DNA of 64,000 bases from Escherichia phage vB_EcoM_RZ, in the sequence record MW598459; one strand, 5' to 3'. The notes beneath the pieces were generated by a model. The model had not been told where the DNA came from. It made no database searches and saw nothing but the letters and a program-made list of their open reading frames with translations. Every line of letters starts with the position of its first letter. Position 1 is the first letter of the stretch. Shown piece after piece: positions 49,878 through 60,007 of the stretch. The position numbers and the translations under genes are program-made.

Positions 49878-50240
49878 CTATTTGAAAGCTTTTTGTAGAA
49901 GTTCAATGATTTGGTCGACGTTATTAGCATCTACAACACAATTAATAGAAACCGCCCCCGAAGGTGTTTTTGTATAATTGGAGTATTCACGGAAGCAATA
50001 AAACTCTTCTTCGCTAAGTTCAAAATAATCATCACCCATGCCATCATCATTATAGATTGCACCATTAGCACAAATGATTTCGGTTACATAATCATAGCCG
50101 TCTGCACTTGATATTGATTTAACTTCAAACCAACCGCCATTTTCTTGGATGATGTCGACCATACTAGCATTCGATGAACTAATATCAATGAAAGATTTAA
50201 TACGATGTGGATTGAACTCATATTTTTTGCCGATTTCCAT
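49878..50240 (-). CDS. Hypothetical protein (120 aa), paralogue family member
   Basis: Paralogue of the gene at 49160-49528 (GKKYEFNP...; DDGMGDDYFELSEEEF). Confidence 0.55.
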   Translation of the reverse strand: MEIGKKYEFNPHRIKSFIDISSSNASMVDIIQENGGWFEVKSISSADGYDYVTEIICANGAIYNDDGMGDDYFELSEEEFYCFREYSNYTKTPSGAVSINCVVDANNVDQIIELLQKAFK

Positions 50241-50278
50241 TTTTATTTCCTCAGTTGTTATCAGTAGTTGATGGAATC

Positions 50279-50308
50279 ATTATGCCTTAGCTCAAAGGAC
50301 TTGTACAC
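50279..50308 (-). promoter_or_regulatory. Early-type promoter (GTGTACA, 17 nt spacer, CATAAT)
   Basis: Minus strand reads GTGTACAagtcctttgagctaaggCATAAT, followed by the CCATCAACTACTGATAACAACTGAGGA leader. Confidence 0.5.
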
Positions 50309-50320
50309 TACTTTTTGAAA

Positions 50321-50347
50321 ATAAAAAGGGGACCCGAAGGTCCCCTT
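50321..50347 (-). terminator. Intrinsic terminator (GGGGACC-CGAA-GGTCCCC plus T-run) after gene 32
   Basis: 7 bp GC stem with tetraloop followed on the minus strand by TTTTTATTTTC; the gene 32 stop is at 50351. Confidence 0.75.
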
Positions 50348-50350
50348 ATA

Positions 50351-51262
50351 TTAAAGGCCAGCCAGCAGGTCATCAAGACCATCATCGGAAGGCTCTGGAG
50401 TGCTTGGGGCAGTCGCAGTGCGTTCAGACTTAGCAGGTTTGCTGGAAGTGAAGTCTTCCATATCTTTATCGAAATCGTCCAGGTCAGCACCCAGTTTATC
50501 GGCTTGTGCAGCAGCTTTAGAAGCAGCGCCACCGAGAGCAGCTGTGCCCATTACTTTAGAGAATTTCTTCTGATTCTCTTCAAGAGATTTAAATACCAGC
50601 AATTCATTCAGGTCAGACATGTCGTCCCAAAGTTTTTTCTGGAATGCTTCATCATTGATACCGGCGATTTCAGACTGGTTCATGAATTTGGAATCATCGT
50701 AGTTTTTATAACCGGAAACCAGTTTAGATTTCAGTACGAAGTTTGCACCATCAAACGGACAAGTTACATCAACAGCTTCTTCGCCCATGTCAACATCAAC
50801 TTCAACCATCTGGTTGATTTTGTCCATGATTTTCTTACCAAAGCGATATTTGAATACTTGGCCTTCGTTAGACGGAACAGCAGGGTCTTTAATGACCAGG
50901 ATGTTAGCCCAGTAAGAAGTATTACGCTTCAGTTTACGATATTCAGATTCGTTTGTATTGTACAGGTCATTCTTATTCATGTACGCACACACAGGGCAGT
51001 TTTCATAATCGCCGTGAGTAGAAGTACAGTTTTCAATATACCATTGACCAGCATTTTTAAAGCCGTGGTTAACGAGCTTGATGAATGGAGATGGATTTTC
51101 TTCATTCTTAGAAGGCAGGAAACGAATAACCGCAGAGCCGACGCCATCAGTATCTTTCAGTTTCCATTCTTTTTTATCGTCAGAAGAGAAACCAGCGCCA
51201 CCTTTCAGAGCGTTAAGGGAAGCAGCCAGGTCAGCAGGGTTTTTACGTTTAAACATAGACAT
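50351..51262 (-). CDS. 32: Single-stranded DNA-binding protein gp32
   Basis: 303 aa (T4 gp32 is 301 aa); strong match (VIRFLPSKN...HGFK..G.WYIE.C.STHGDY..PV.C.Y..KNDLYNT...[34 protein letters not shown]); acidic C-terminus. Confidence 0.95.
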   Translation of the reverse strand: MSMFKRKNPADLAASLNALKGGAGFSSDDKKEWKLKDTDGVGSAVIRFLPSKNEENPSPFIKLVNHGFKNAGQWYIENCTSTHGDYENCPVCAYMNKNDLYNTNESEYRKLKRNTSYWANILVIKDPAVPSNEGQVFKYRFGKKIMDKINQMVEVDVDMGEEAVDVTCPFDGANFVLKSKLVSGYKNYDDSKFMNQSEIAGINDEAFQKKLWDDMSDLNELLVFKSLEENQKKFSKVMGTAALGGAASKAAAQADKLGADLDDFDKDMEDFTSSKPAKSERTATAPSTPEPSDDGLDDLLAGL

Positions 51263-51311
51263 ATGATTTTCCTTAGATTATTTGATTTTTAGCAGTTGTT
51301 TTGATTACGTA

Positions 51312-51950
51312 TTAATTATACTTCAAAGTGATTGAAGCGATAAACTTTTGAAATTCAGAATCAAGATGGGGATTCCATCCTAATTTGAATTTATTTATAA
51401 TGGAAATACCGGTCGTGTGTGTACACGGTAAACCAGTTTCTCTTGCCATAATAACTGGACCAAGTCTGGAAGTTCTATGCGGTCCTATATACCAGTCATA
51501 ATATATTCCAGCATTTAACCAAACTAAATGAGCACCTTTAGCTATTGTATTAGGATGTTCCCAAGGCAATAAACCTTTAAGGTGAGAATTTAATTTCATA
51601 TTTATTTTATGTGATTCTGATTTTGGTTTACCTTTTAATGAAGACTTAAAGGTTCCACGAGCACTCGCCTTATTGAAAAACAATGGCGATTTAACCACAT
51701 TATAGTGTTGATGGTAAAACTCTTCTTCTGACAACACATCGTCACACACATGCAGAATTTTAACGGTTGGTTTTTCAGACAATGCCTCAATAAAACGAGA
51801 TTGTTTGCATGAAGACCAGTATTCTTTATTATGTGAATCAATTATAACACCATTTTCAAAAGCACAATTATGCTTTGACCCAATGTAAAAATAAGGAGGC
51901 GTTTTATTTTTCAGACGAGTTTCAAATGTAAACCAATATACAACATTCAA
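51312..51950 (-). CDS. GIY-YIG homing endonuclease-like protein (Seg-like), TTG start
   Basis: 212 aa; N-terminal VVYWFTFETRLKNKTPPYFYIGSKHN resembles a GIY-(10-11 aa)-YIG motif; no in-frame ATG upstream of the motif, so a TTG start overlapping the gp59 stop (TTGA) is required; T4 has segG at this position. Confidence 0.6.
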   Translation of the reverse strand: MNVVYWFTFETRLKNKTPPYFYIGSKHNCAFENGVIIDSHNKEYWSSCKQSRFIEALSEKPTVKILHVCDDVLSEEEFYHQHYNVVKSPLFFNKASARGTFKSSLKGKPKSESHKINMKLNSHLKGLLPWEHPNTIAKGAHLVWLNAGIYYDWYIGPHRTSRLGPVIMARETGLPCTHTTGISIINKFKLGWNPHLDSEFQKFIASITLKYN

Positions 51951-52600
51951 AACTTACACCCTTTAACAGTCTCGATGAACAATTTACGGGCTTCAAGAGA
52001 ATCGATATTTAAGATTTTCTTATAAGCATTTAGTTTAGTTGAATACTTTTCCCAAACCAAGTCGTTAGTCTGTTCATCATGTTGGTCTATTATACCTAAA
52101 AATGAATCAAGCAAACAAAACGTTTCAAATGAAATAACATTCGATTGGAGAAGTTTGAAAATATAACTTGTATTCACTTTAGTATTATACTCGAAAATCT
52201 CTTGGAGCGATTTGACTTCGACTTTCTTACTGAAGTAATAGATGTTCTTTATATCATCTTCGTATACTTGTCTAATTCTTTTAAGTCGGCCAATGTATTC
52301 TCTATAAAATATCAGAGCATCGGCATCACTTATATCGCCTATCCATGCATCCTGGTTCGCAACCAGGTTTGACATGAATATTAACGTTAATTCTTTAAGA
52401 GTGTACTTATCGCTAAGCTTTTCGAAAAAATACTTATCGCGACGTTTTTGATAAGCACTATCGGAGATTCGCATGGTCCAGTTATATTTGATAATATCAT
52501 AACGACCCGAAAAATGCTGTTTGATGGATAAGTACAGTTGGTATACTGATTTACCATTTATATATCGGTTGTTATTTGGAGGCATGCGAATCGTAATCAT
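51947..52600 (-). CDS. 59: Helicase loader gp59
   Basis: 217 aa, same length as T4 gp59; near-identical (DGKSVY.LYL.IKQH..G.YD.IKYNW.MR.SD.AYQKRRDKYFF.KLS.KY.LKEL.LIF.SNLVANQDAWIGDISDADAL.FYREYIGRLK). Confidence 0.93.
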   Translation of the reverse strand: MITIRMPPNNNRYINGKSVYQLYLSIKQHFSGRYDIIKYNWTMRISDSAYQKRRDKYFFEKLSDKYTLKELTLIFMSNLVANQDAWIGDISDADALIFYREYIGRLKRIRQVYEDDIKNIYYFSKKVEVKSLQEIFEYNTKVNTSYIFKLLQSNVISFETFCLLDSFLGIIDQHDEQTNDLVWEKYSTKLNAYKKILNIDSLEARKLFIETVKGCKF

Positions 52601-52917
52601 AACAAAAAGTCCAGCGTATTAGTTTTCTGTGTACGAGACATACTCGGGCGAAGCAAGTTATCATCATATGCTTCATTCATAATCTTATCGACGATTCCCG
52701 CAGGGATATATCGCGCAAAATTACCTTCAGGAATTCCACGTTCTTCCAACCAGGCAGTCGCAGCTTCCAGATAAGACATTTCAGTTGTCTCGACCATGGC
52801 TTCAATATCAAGCCCGTTTTGCTGCTTACTAATCGCCCCGGAAGGCGATTCAGTTTTCTGTGTATCAAAATTAACTAAAGAGGACATCATAGAGCTCCAC
52901 AGCTTCGGTTTTTTCAT
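52597..52917 (-). CDS. 33: Late transcription accessory protein gp33
   Basis: C-terminus ...RYIP.G...KI.NEAY.DNL.RP......K...LDFL matches remembered T4 gp33; start is ambiguous (ATG at 52917 gives 106 aa; ATG at 52890 with GGAG ribosome-binding site gives 97 aa). Confidence 0.7.
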   Translation of the reverse strand: MKKPKLWSSMMSSLVNFDTQKTESPSGAISKQQNGLDIEAMVETTEMSYLEAATAWLEERGIPEGNFARYIPAGIVDKIMNEAYDDNLLRPSMSRTQKTNTLDFLL

Positions 52918-53140
52918 CTTCAAAACGCTCACGAGTGCCTTTATGATACAGGCCGAGCTGTGTATTGAACATCTTACCGTCAACGCCTAATTCGGTTTTT
53001 GCCTTGTCTTTAAGGTCTTTAATTTCGTCTGCATATGCTTCCATTTTTAATTTGGTATCGGAAGCAGCTTTAATCAGCTTGGCTAGTTCAGCACCATGAG
53101 TATCAGGACAAAATTCAACTTTCACTTTTTTCTCTTTCAT
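52871..53140 (-). CDS. dsbA: dsDNA-binding late transcription enhancer DsbA
   Basis: 89 aa, same length as T4 DsbA; position between rnh and gene 33. Confidence 0.75.
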   Translation of the reverse strand: MKEKKVKVEFCPDTHGAELAKLIKAASDTKLKMEAYADEIKDLKDKAKTELGVDGKMFNTQLGLYHKGTRERFEDEKTEAVELYDVLFS

Positions 53141-53148
53141 AATATACC

Positions 53149-54093
53149 TTAATAAAATTCAGCAATATTTGCAGTTAGTTTAGACAGACCAGACTTAACA
53201 AAGTAAGGATAAACTTTACTTTTGGCTGGGATAACGTAGTTATTATATCGTTCTAATATTGAAGCGGATATTTCCGTTGGGATAAAGTCCATATCAATCA
53301 ACAATTGGTTTTCACAGAATCTATTATATTGCTCTTCTGTTAAAAGCGTTTTCAAAACGTCATGGTCGTAATAGTTGAGTGCAATTTGTTCAAGCTCAGC
53401 TGCACGGGTTGGCGGAGTACGTTCACCTTCTTCATGAGTGTAATAAAAATCACCACGAACCTTGATGCTCGACACGTTATCTTTTTTGTCGCCTTTAACA
53501 ACCTTTGTCACGCAATCCATAAGGGCATCGCCTGATTTAGTTTTGACATATTTTTTCTGCATCGGGGACCATTGTTTCACCCCAGGGAATTTATGCAACT
53601 GGGTAAAGTCACCATCCGAAGAAACAACCATAACCGGATGTCCGAGACTGGTGAGCAACTTCGTTAATACTGCAATATGGTCGTCTGCCTCGACTTTATC
53701 AATATTCATCACGATGTAAGGCATGTATTTTTCCATTTCATCGATGATGATGTGCATGGCAGCATGTAGACCTTCCCAATCGAATTGAGACTCTTCACGA
53801 GCCTTTGCACGGTTTTTCTTATAATAATAAGATTTAGTCCGGCGCCAATAGCCATTCTTCGAGTTATCAACACAAATAATTGGAATTGTATAACCAAGCT
53901 TTTTGAACTGTACGATATTTTTTCGGATAGAGTTCAGAACCAAGTGTCTGGTCATTGCAGTTGTTACTTTCGGAAAGCCTGCGTCTTTGCCGAATTCCTG
54001 AAAGGCTGCAGCCATGATGAGCTGACTAAAATCGAGTAACTGAAAACCTTCTTTTTGACGGTCTTCTTCAGGGAGTAAAAAATCTAAATTCAT
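53149..54093 (-). CDS. rnh: RNase H (5'-3' exonuclease / flap endonuclease)
   Basis: 314 aa (T4 RNase H is 305 aa); strong match (GYW.RR...YYYKKNR.KAREES..DWEG...MPYIVM.IDK.EADDHIAVL...SSDGDFTQLHK.P.VKQWSPM.KK). Confidence 0.92.
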   Translation of the reverse strand: MNLDFLLPEEDRQKEGFQLLDFSQLIMAAAFQEFGKDAGFPKVTTAMTRHLVLNSIRKNIVQFKKLGYTIPIICVDNSKNGYWRRTKSYYYKKNRAKAREESQFDWEGLHAAMHIIIDEMEKYMPYIVMNIDKVEADDHIAVLTKLLTSLGHPVMVVSSDGDFTQLHKFPGVKQWSPMQKKYVKTKSGDALMDCVTKVVKGDKKDNVSSIKVRGDFYYTHEEGERTPPTRAAELEQIALNYYDHDVLKTLLTEEQYNRFCENQLLIDMDFIPTEISASILERYNNYVIPAKSKVYPYFVKSGLSKLTANIAEFY

Positions 54094-54124
54094 ATGAACC
54101 TCTGTTCAATTAGTTGACTCGATT

Positions 54125-54151
54125 ATATTAGCATAAAATTTTTAAAGCAAT
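54125..54151 (-). promoter_or_regulatory. Middle promoter with MotA box (TGCTTTA, 12 nt spacer, TAATAT) upstream of rnh
   Basis: Minus strand reads tTGCTTTAaaaattttatgcTAATAT. Confidence 0.5.
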
Positions 54152-54158
54152 ATAAATA
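54151..54158 (+). promoter_or_regulatory. T4-type late promoter TATAAATA upstream of gene 34
   Basis: Exact TATAAATA about 30 nt upstream of the gp34 ATG; the divergent rnh middle promoter shares the same intergenic region. Confidence 0.6.
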
Positions 54159-54188
54159 CACATATACCAATCAATAAGGATAAAGCAC

Positions 54189-57100
54189 ATGGCCGATATT
54201 TTAAAACCAGCATTCAGAGCAACATCCGGTCTCGATGCTGCTGGTGAGAAAGTCATTAATGTCGCAAAAGCTGATTACTCAGTTTTATCAGACGGCGTTA
54301 ACGTAGGTTTCTTTATAGAAGAAAACACAATTCAACAATATGATGCGACGCGCGGATACAAAAAGAACTTTGCGGTTATTAATGATAACCGTATTTGGGT
54401 TGCTCAACGTGATATTCCGGCACCAGCTGGAGCATTTACCCCTCAGTATTGGTTAGCAACTCGTACTGACCCTAAATGGGAAACTGTTGCATCTCCAACT
54501 CGTCAGCTTAGCTCCGGGGAATTTATCGCAGTCGACTCAGCTGCAAGCTTTACCACATTTACATTGCCTCCGAACCCGACTGATGGTGATACCATCGTTA
54601 TTAAAGATATCGGCGGTAATACCGGTTATAATGAAATTAAAGTTCAATCGAGCAATGTGCCTGGTCAAGGTAACCAAAAGATTGTTCGCTTTGGTAATCA
54701 GTATTCAGAAGTTTTAATTACCAAACCATTCTCTTATAACATGCTTATCTTTTCAAACCGCTTATGGCAATTTTGGGAAGCAGGTAACGAAGAACGTGGT
54801 ATCAGAGTAGAACCGTCGACCGGACGTTTCCATGCACAAGCTGGCGACTTTATTATGCGTCGTTATACAACTGGTGCACCGATTACTTTCATTCTTCCTA
54901 AGTATGCAAACCAGGGTGATATTGTCAAATCTGTTGATATCGATGGTATGGGACCAACGTTCCACCTGATGGTTGAAACCTTTGACACTAGTTCCAGTCT
55001 TGATAAAGCTGGTCAGCATCAAATGGAATTCCGTACCACAGGTGATGGTTTCTTCGTTTATGATGCTGCCGAAAAACTCTGGCATGTTTGGGACGGTGAT
55101 TTTAAAACTCGTCTGCGCGTTATTCGTGACAGCGTTAAACTTTTACCAAACGAAAGCGTCATTGTATTTGGCGAAGATAACTCAACTCCGGCAACGATTA
55201 ATATCGATTTACCGACTGATGTTTTACAAGGTGACATTGTTAAAATTGCATTGAACTATCTCCGTAAATCGCAGACTGTTAATATAAGAGCTGCTGTTGG
55301 CGATAAGATTGCATCTGACATTAAATTGCTGCAATTCCCTAAACGTTCCGAGTATCCACCAGATACAACTTGGGTGTTGGTTGATTCATTGACCTTTAAT
55401 GGCAACATCAGTTATACTCCGGTTATTGAATTATCATATGCAGAAGATACAGTGTCTGGAACAAGTTATTGGGTTGTCGCTCAGAACGTCCCGACTGTCG
55501 AACGAGTTGACTCATTAAATGATTCCACGCGCGCACGTCTTGGTGTTATTGCTCTGGCAAACCAGACTCAGGCAAACGTTGACCATGAAAATAACCCAGA
55601 GAAAGAACTTGCAATTACCCCTCAGACTTTGGCCAACCGTGTTGCTAAAGAGAACCAACGAGGTATTGCCAGAATCGCAACGACTGCTCAAGTAAATCAG
55701 AACAGCGATTTTGCATTTGTTGATGATGTAATTATTTCTCCGAAAAAACTCAATGAACGTACGGCAACAGAAACGAGACGTGGGCTCGCAGAACTCGCCA
55801 CACAGCAAGAAACCGATGCAGGTGTAGATGATACCACAATTATCACTCCGAAGAAACTACAAGCGCGCCAGGGCTCAGAATCGCTATCTGGTATTGTAAC
55901 TTACGTTTCAACAACCGGTGCAACTCCTGCTGCTTCGCGTGAATTAAATGGTACAAACGTTTATAATAAAAATACGGTTAATCTGGTTGTTTCTCCGAAA
56001 GCTCTTGACCAGTACAAAGCTACTTACACCCAACAAGGTGCGGTTATTCTTGCGGTTGAAAGTGAAGTAATTGCTGGTACTTCTCAATCTGGATGGGCAA
56101 ACGCAGTCGTTACTCCAGAAATGTTACATCGCAAAACTGCTCTTGATTCCCGTATCGGTTTAATCGAGATTGCAACTCAAGTGGAAACAGATGCAGGAAC
56201 CGATTATACCAGAGCTGTGACTCCTAAAACGTTAAATGACCGTAAAGCATCAGAAACGTTAACCGGCATAGCCGAGATTGCTACGCAATCAGAATTTGAT
56301 ACTGGAACTGATGATACTCGTATCTCAACTCCATTAAAAATTAAAAATAGATTTAATAATACTGCTCGTACTTCTGTTAATGCATTAAGTGGTTTAGTAG
56401 AAACAGGGACGCTCTGGGACCATTATAGCCTGAATATTCTTGAAGCAAATGAGACTCAGCGTGGTACAGCAAGATTAGCAACTCAGGGTGAAGTCAATAC
56501 CGGCACTGACGATAAAACAATCGTTACTCCGCTTAAATTGATGTCGAAAAAAGCCACTGAAAATGCCGAAGGTATTGTTCGCATCGCGACAAACGCAGAA
56601 GCAACAGCAGGCACATCAAAAGTCTTGGCCATCAGTCCGTCAGCGCTGAAATATATTGCACAAACGGAAACAACCTGGGAAGCATCTGAAACCCTACGTG
56701 GATTTGTTCGTTTATCTTCTGGTACAGCTACTTCGGCTGCAACTACAACGACTGGTGCAGGATTTACATATGCAAATGGTGTGTATACTCCGGACCCAAG
56801 TAAACTGGTTAGCTATTCAAAATCTGGTTATGCAGTTTCACCTTACGAATTAAACCGCGTATTGCAAAACTTCTTACCGATAAATGCGATGGCTGTTAAT
56901 GCTGAAAAACTGGATAACCTTGATTCGACCCAGTTTATTCGTCGTGATATTGCTCAGACTGTTGAAGGTGTGTTAACTCTTACTAAACAGACAAATATAT
57001 CTGCTCCGGTTGTATCGACGAGCACTGCAGTGTTTACTGATGTAACGGCTGGCACTTCGACGTTCGGAACTGTGAACGTTGTTAACGGAACTAACAAGTG

Positions 57101-58145
57101 GAAAATCACCGCTCCTTCCACCGGAACGACAATGACTATTGGCGATACGACTAACGTATTGACATTAAACACCGCCTCGGGTAATGCTGCTGTACTGAAC
57201 AACCTTAGCGCCGGAAATGATGTTCAAGCCAAAAATAATTACGTTCTAAATGGTCGTACTATCGCAACCACAACGGGTGAAGCTTCTGGTGCAACTCTGG
57301 CTCTGGGTGATAACTCGCAGAATTTAGTGCTTAAAACTCTTGATGCTGGTAATATCATAGCAAATGGTGGCGGTGCATTTAAAGTCCTGACCGAGAAAAA
57401 CGCTGTTGAGATTGTAGATAGAAACTTTGTTAACCAAGGCGGTGATACAATGTCTGGTGTGCTCCATGTGAATGCTCCGGTCCGTGTATTCGGTACGAAA
57501 CCAAGTCTTATCGCACAAGCTCCGACTGCAGATACTGTTGGCTTCTGGTCTGTCGATATCAATGATGAACCGACTTATAGTCAGTTCCCTGGTTATTGGA
57601 CAATGAAGTTAAAACGTCAGGTAAACATTGATACAGTTCAAACTAAACCTGCTGGGGTAACTGATGAAGTTTGGAATGCTTCTGGTTGGTTAACTGAAAA
57701 TGGAACTTTCGCCTCGCCTGTTATTCGTTATCGTAATGACGATGGTACACTCGGTGATGAAGTATTAGGTAGCTCTGGCCAAAAACTGCGCGGAACCTGG
57801 TTTGACTATTCGGTTCGTGATAAACAAATTAAATATCCTGGTACATTAACTCAGTTTGGTAATACGCTGGATTCATGCTATCAAGATTGGGTTTGTTATC
57901 CAACTGGATTGAACGGTGGTACTATTCGTTATACTCGTACATGGCAGAAAAATAAATCTGCATGGACGACTTTCGCAATGGTTTACACCGCGGATAACCC
58001 TCCGTCTGCAGAGGATGTTGGTGCATTACCGGCCGACAACACAACAATGGGGAACTTAACCATTCTCGATTGGTTGCGTATCGGTAACGTGCGCATCATC
58101 CCAGACCCGACCACTAAATCCGTTAAGTTTGAATGGGTTGAATAA
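54189..58145 (+). CDS. 34: Long tail fibre proximal subunit gp34
   Basis: 1318 aa (T4 gp34 is 1289 aa); repetitive beta-rich fibre sequence; position after rnh. Confidence 0.9.
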   Translation: MADILKPAFRATSGLDAAGEKVINVAKADYSVLSDGVNVGFFIEENTIQQYDATRGYKKNFAVINDNRIWVAQRDIPAPAGAFTPQYWLATRTDPKWETVASPTRQLSSGEFIAVDSAASFTTFTLPPNPTDGDTIVIKDIGGNTGYNEIKVQSSNVPGQGNQKIVRFGNQYSEVLITKPFSYNMLIFSNRLWQFWEAGNEERGIRVEPSTGRFHAQAGDFIMRRYTTGAPITFILPKYANQGDIVKSVDIDGMGPTFHLMVETFDTSSSLDKAGQHQMEFRTTGDGFFVYDAAEKLWHVWDGDFKTRLRVIRDSVKLLPNESVIVFGEDNSTPATINIDLPTDVLQGDIVKIALNYLRKSQTVNIRAAVGDKIASDIKLLQFPKRSEYPPDTTWVLVDSLTFNGNISYTPVIELSYAEDTVSGTSYWVVAQNVPTVERVDSLNDSTRARLGVIALANQTQANVDHENNPEKELAITPQTLANRVAKENQRGIARIATTAQVNQNSDFAFVDDVIISPKKLNERTATETRRGLAELATQQETDAGVDDTTIITPKKLQARQGSESLSGIVTYVSTTGATPAASRELNGTNVYNKNTVNLVVSPKALDQYKATYTQQGAVILAVESEVIAGTSQSGWANAVVTPEMLHRKTALDSRIGLIEIATQVETDAGTDYTRAVTPKTLNDRKASETLTGIAEIATQSEFDTGTDDTRISTPLKIKNRFNNTARTSVNALSGLVETGTLWDHYSLNILEANETQRGTARLATQGEVNTGTDDKTIVTPLKLMSKKATENAEGIVRIATNAEATAGTSKVLAISPSALKYIAQTETTWEASETLRGFVRLSSGTATSAATTTTGAGFTYANGVYTPDPSKLVSYSKSGYAVSPYELNRVLQNFLPINAMAVNAEKLDNLDSTQFIRRDIAQTVEGVLTLTKQTNISAPVVSTSTAVFTDVTAGTSTFGTVNVVNGTNKWKITAPSTGTTMTIGDTTNVLTLNTASGNAAVLNNLSAGNDVQAKNNYVLNGRTIATTTGEASGATLALGDNSQNLVLKTLDAGNIIANGGGAFKVLTEKNAVEIVDRNFVNQGGDTMSGVLHVNAPVRVFGTKPSLIAQAPTADTVGFWSVDINDEPTYSQFPGYWTMKLKRQVNIDTVQTKPAGVTDEVWNASGWLTENGTFASPVIRYRNDDGTLGDEVLGSSGQKLRGTWFDYSVRDKQIKYPGTLTQFGNTLDSCYQDWVCYPTGLNGGTIRYTRTWQKNKSAWTTFAMVYTADNPPSAEDVGALPADNTTMGNLTILDWLRIGNVRIIPDPTTKSVKFEWVE

Positions 58146-58153
58146 GAGGTAAT

Positions 58154-59284
58154 ATGGAAAAATTTATGGCAGAGTTTGGACAAGGATACGTCCAAACGCC
58201 AGTTATATCAGAAAATAATGCCGTTAAATTTAAAATGAGTATAGCAGGGAGCTGTACTCTTTCCACGGTGAAATCGTATATCAAATTTCAGGATGAACAA
58301 ATCGGACCAACTACTTTTGGCAATGGTTTGACTCTATTAGAAATTGATACAACTACGAATAAAATTGTTAACACGAAAAACTATTCATTGACCAGCACAC
58401 ACGATGTAATCAGTCAGGCATTAATCACCTTTGTGGAATCTGTTCCAGCTGGAAGATTGATTGCTTTTATTTCTTCTGGGAAATTAAATGCTTCACAGAC
58501 ATTAATTGACTGGTTTCGTAAATGCGGTTCAAGAGCATTCCCCGAGAAATGGTTGATTGATAAAGTTGATACATCGTACTCGGCTTTTTACATAACCGGC
58601 CGGAACGTAATTGTTTCGGAGCATGTTAAGTATAATGACGGAATGTTAGTTGAGGATGTTTCAACTCCGCTTGAAGTCATTTATGATACCTTTAGTGATA
58701 TAGGAGCAACAGGCTATCCTGTGCGCATAACGGAAGACGAGAGCACGTATTCATCAACAGGTGATGGAACATCAACCGCGATTAGAAGGTTCCCCACAGA
58801 GGACCTAGTGACTCCTATGAGCACATATAACCTTTTACCTTTGGATGTGCTTTACCTGAAGTTTCAGATGTCATTTGACGCTGAACTGAAAGCCGCCGGG
58901 ACTGTAAGGACTTCGGTTCGATTCTTTAAAAGTCCTAGCACTTCTCCAATATCAAATACAAACATCGATATTGCAGCGAACGTTCCAGCTGGTGCATGGG
59001 CAAGTTTCGAAAGATATGTCGAGATTCCAGCGGGAGCCGATGGCTTTACAGTAGTAACATCAAGGACTGTAGCTGTGGGAACTGGGTCAATACGTAATAT
59101 TGTTATTGGTGAGATAACCAGAGGTGACTCGGCATTCAAACCAGCTGAATTTGGTGTCAACGGCATAAGGATGTCATATGCAAACGATGCAACAAATACA
59201 GGCAATACAATTGTAACATTACCAGATGCACAAGCTCCGAGAGCCGGCAAGATATACGCAGCCGAACTACGAGAAAAACAATAG
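58154..59284 (+). CDS. 35: Long tail fibre hinge connector gp35
   Basis: 376 aa (T4 gp35 is 372 aa); synteny 34-35-36-37. Confidence 0.85.
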   Translation: MEKFMAEFGQGYVQTPVISENNAVKFKMSIAGSCTLSTVKSYIKFQDEQIGPTTFGNGLTLLEIDTTTNKIVNTKNYSLTSTHDVISQALITFVESVPAGRLIAFISSGKLNASQTLIDWFRKCGSRAFPEKWLIDKVDTSYSAFYITGRNVIVSEHVKYNDGMLVEDVSTPLEVIYDTFSDIGATGYPVRITEDESTYSSTGDGTSTAIRRFPTEDLVTPMSTYNLLPLDVLYLKFQMSFDAELKAAGTVRTSVRFFKSPSTSPISNTNIDIAANVPAGAWASFERYVEIPAGADGFTVVTSRTVAVGTGSIRNIVIGEITRGDSAFKPAEFGVNGIRMSYANDATNTGNTIVTLPDAQAPRAGKIYAAELREKQ

Positions 59285-59306
59285 GACTCTTCGGAGTCCT
59301 TTTTTC
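59284..59306 (+). terminator. Intrinsic terminator (GGACTC-UUCG-GAGUCC plus T-run) after gene 35
   Basis: 6 bp stem with UUCG tetraloop followed by TTTTTT. Confidence 0.7.
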
Positions 59307-59308
59307 GT

Positions 59309-59316
59309 TATAAATA
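59309..59316 (+). promoter_or_regulatory. T4-type late promoter TATAAATA upstream of gene 36
   Basis: Exact TATAAATA directly after the terminator and about 35 nt upstream of the gp36 ATG. Confidence 0.6.
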
Positions 59317-59351
59317 CAAAATATCATATGCCGGTTGAAGAGGACTTATAA

Positions 59352-59999
59352 ATGGCAGATTTAAAACTAGGCTCAACAGCTGGAGGTTCGGTCCTCTGGC
59401 ACCAGGGTAATTTCCCATTAACACCAGTCAGTAATGACTTATATTTCAAAACTTATAAAATTTATTCCGAATATAACAAGCCACAAGCAGTCGATAACGA
59501 TTTCGTTTCTAAAGCTCTTGGCGGTAATTATAAAGCAAACGTATATTTCGAACAAGGCCTGACATTTAACGATTCAAATGGTTACGGGATTAAGTTGGGA
59601 GCGAGAACAGGTGGTGCACCATTTACTGCATCTTTCCGTATTAAAGGGCCGTTTGGATTTGAGACTGAAACGGGAACACCATTCGTTATTTTTGACCCTG
59701 ACACTACGACGGGAGTAAAACGTCTTATTGTTATGGGTGATACGTTAGCTCGACAGATTTATGATGAAACAGGGCGTGTATTTTCTCCAGGGAATACTCC
59801 GTCAAAAGCTCAAGTTGGTCTTGGTAATGTAACTAACCAGCAACAGGTGGAACTAAATAATAGTACATTGCAAACAATGACAGGTAACTTGTCAGCACCT
59901 AATTTCTTCTCTAGGAACCCAGCATCAGACCCGGCTCACGTGCCCCGTTTTGACCAAATCGTTCTTAAAGACTCCGTACAAGATTTTGGATATTATTAA
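59352..59999 (+). CDS. 36: Long tail fibre distal connector gp36
   Basis: 215 aa (T4 gp36 is 221 aa); synteny. Confidence 0.85.
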   Translation: MADLKLGSTAGGSVLWHQGNFPLTPVSNDLYFKTYKIYSEYNKPQAVDNDFVSKALGGNYKANVYFEQGLTFNDSNGYGIKLGARTGGAPFTASFRIKGPFGFETETGTPFVIFDPDTTTGVKRLIVMGDTLARQIYDETGRVFSPGNTPSKAQVGLGNVTNQQQVELNNSTLQTMTGNLSAPNFFSRNPASDPAHVPRFDQIVLKDSVQDFGYY

Positions 60000-60007
60000 G
60001 AGGCATT

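Noticed and set aside
50315-51292. 325 aa plus-strand ORF antisense to gene 32
   Set aside because: Overlaps the entire gp32 gene on the opposite strand; gp32 identity is unambiguous.
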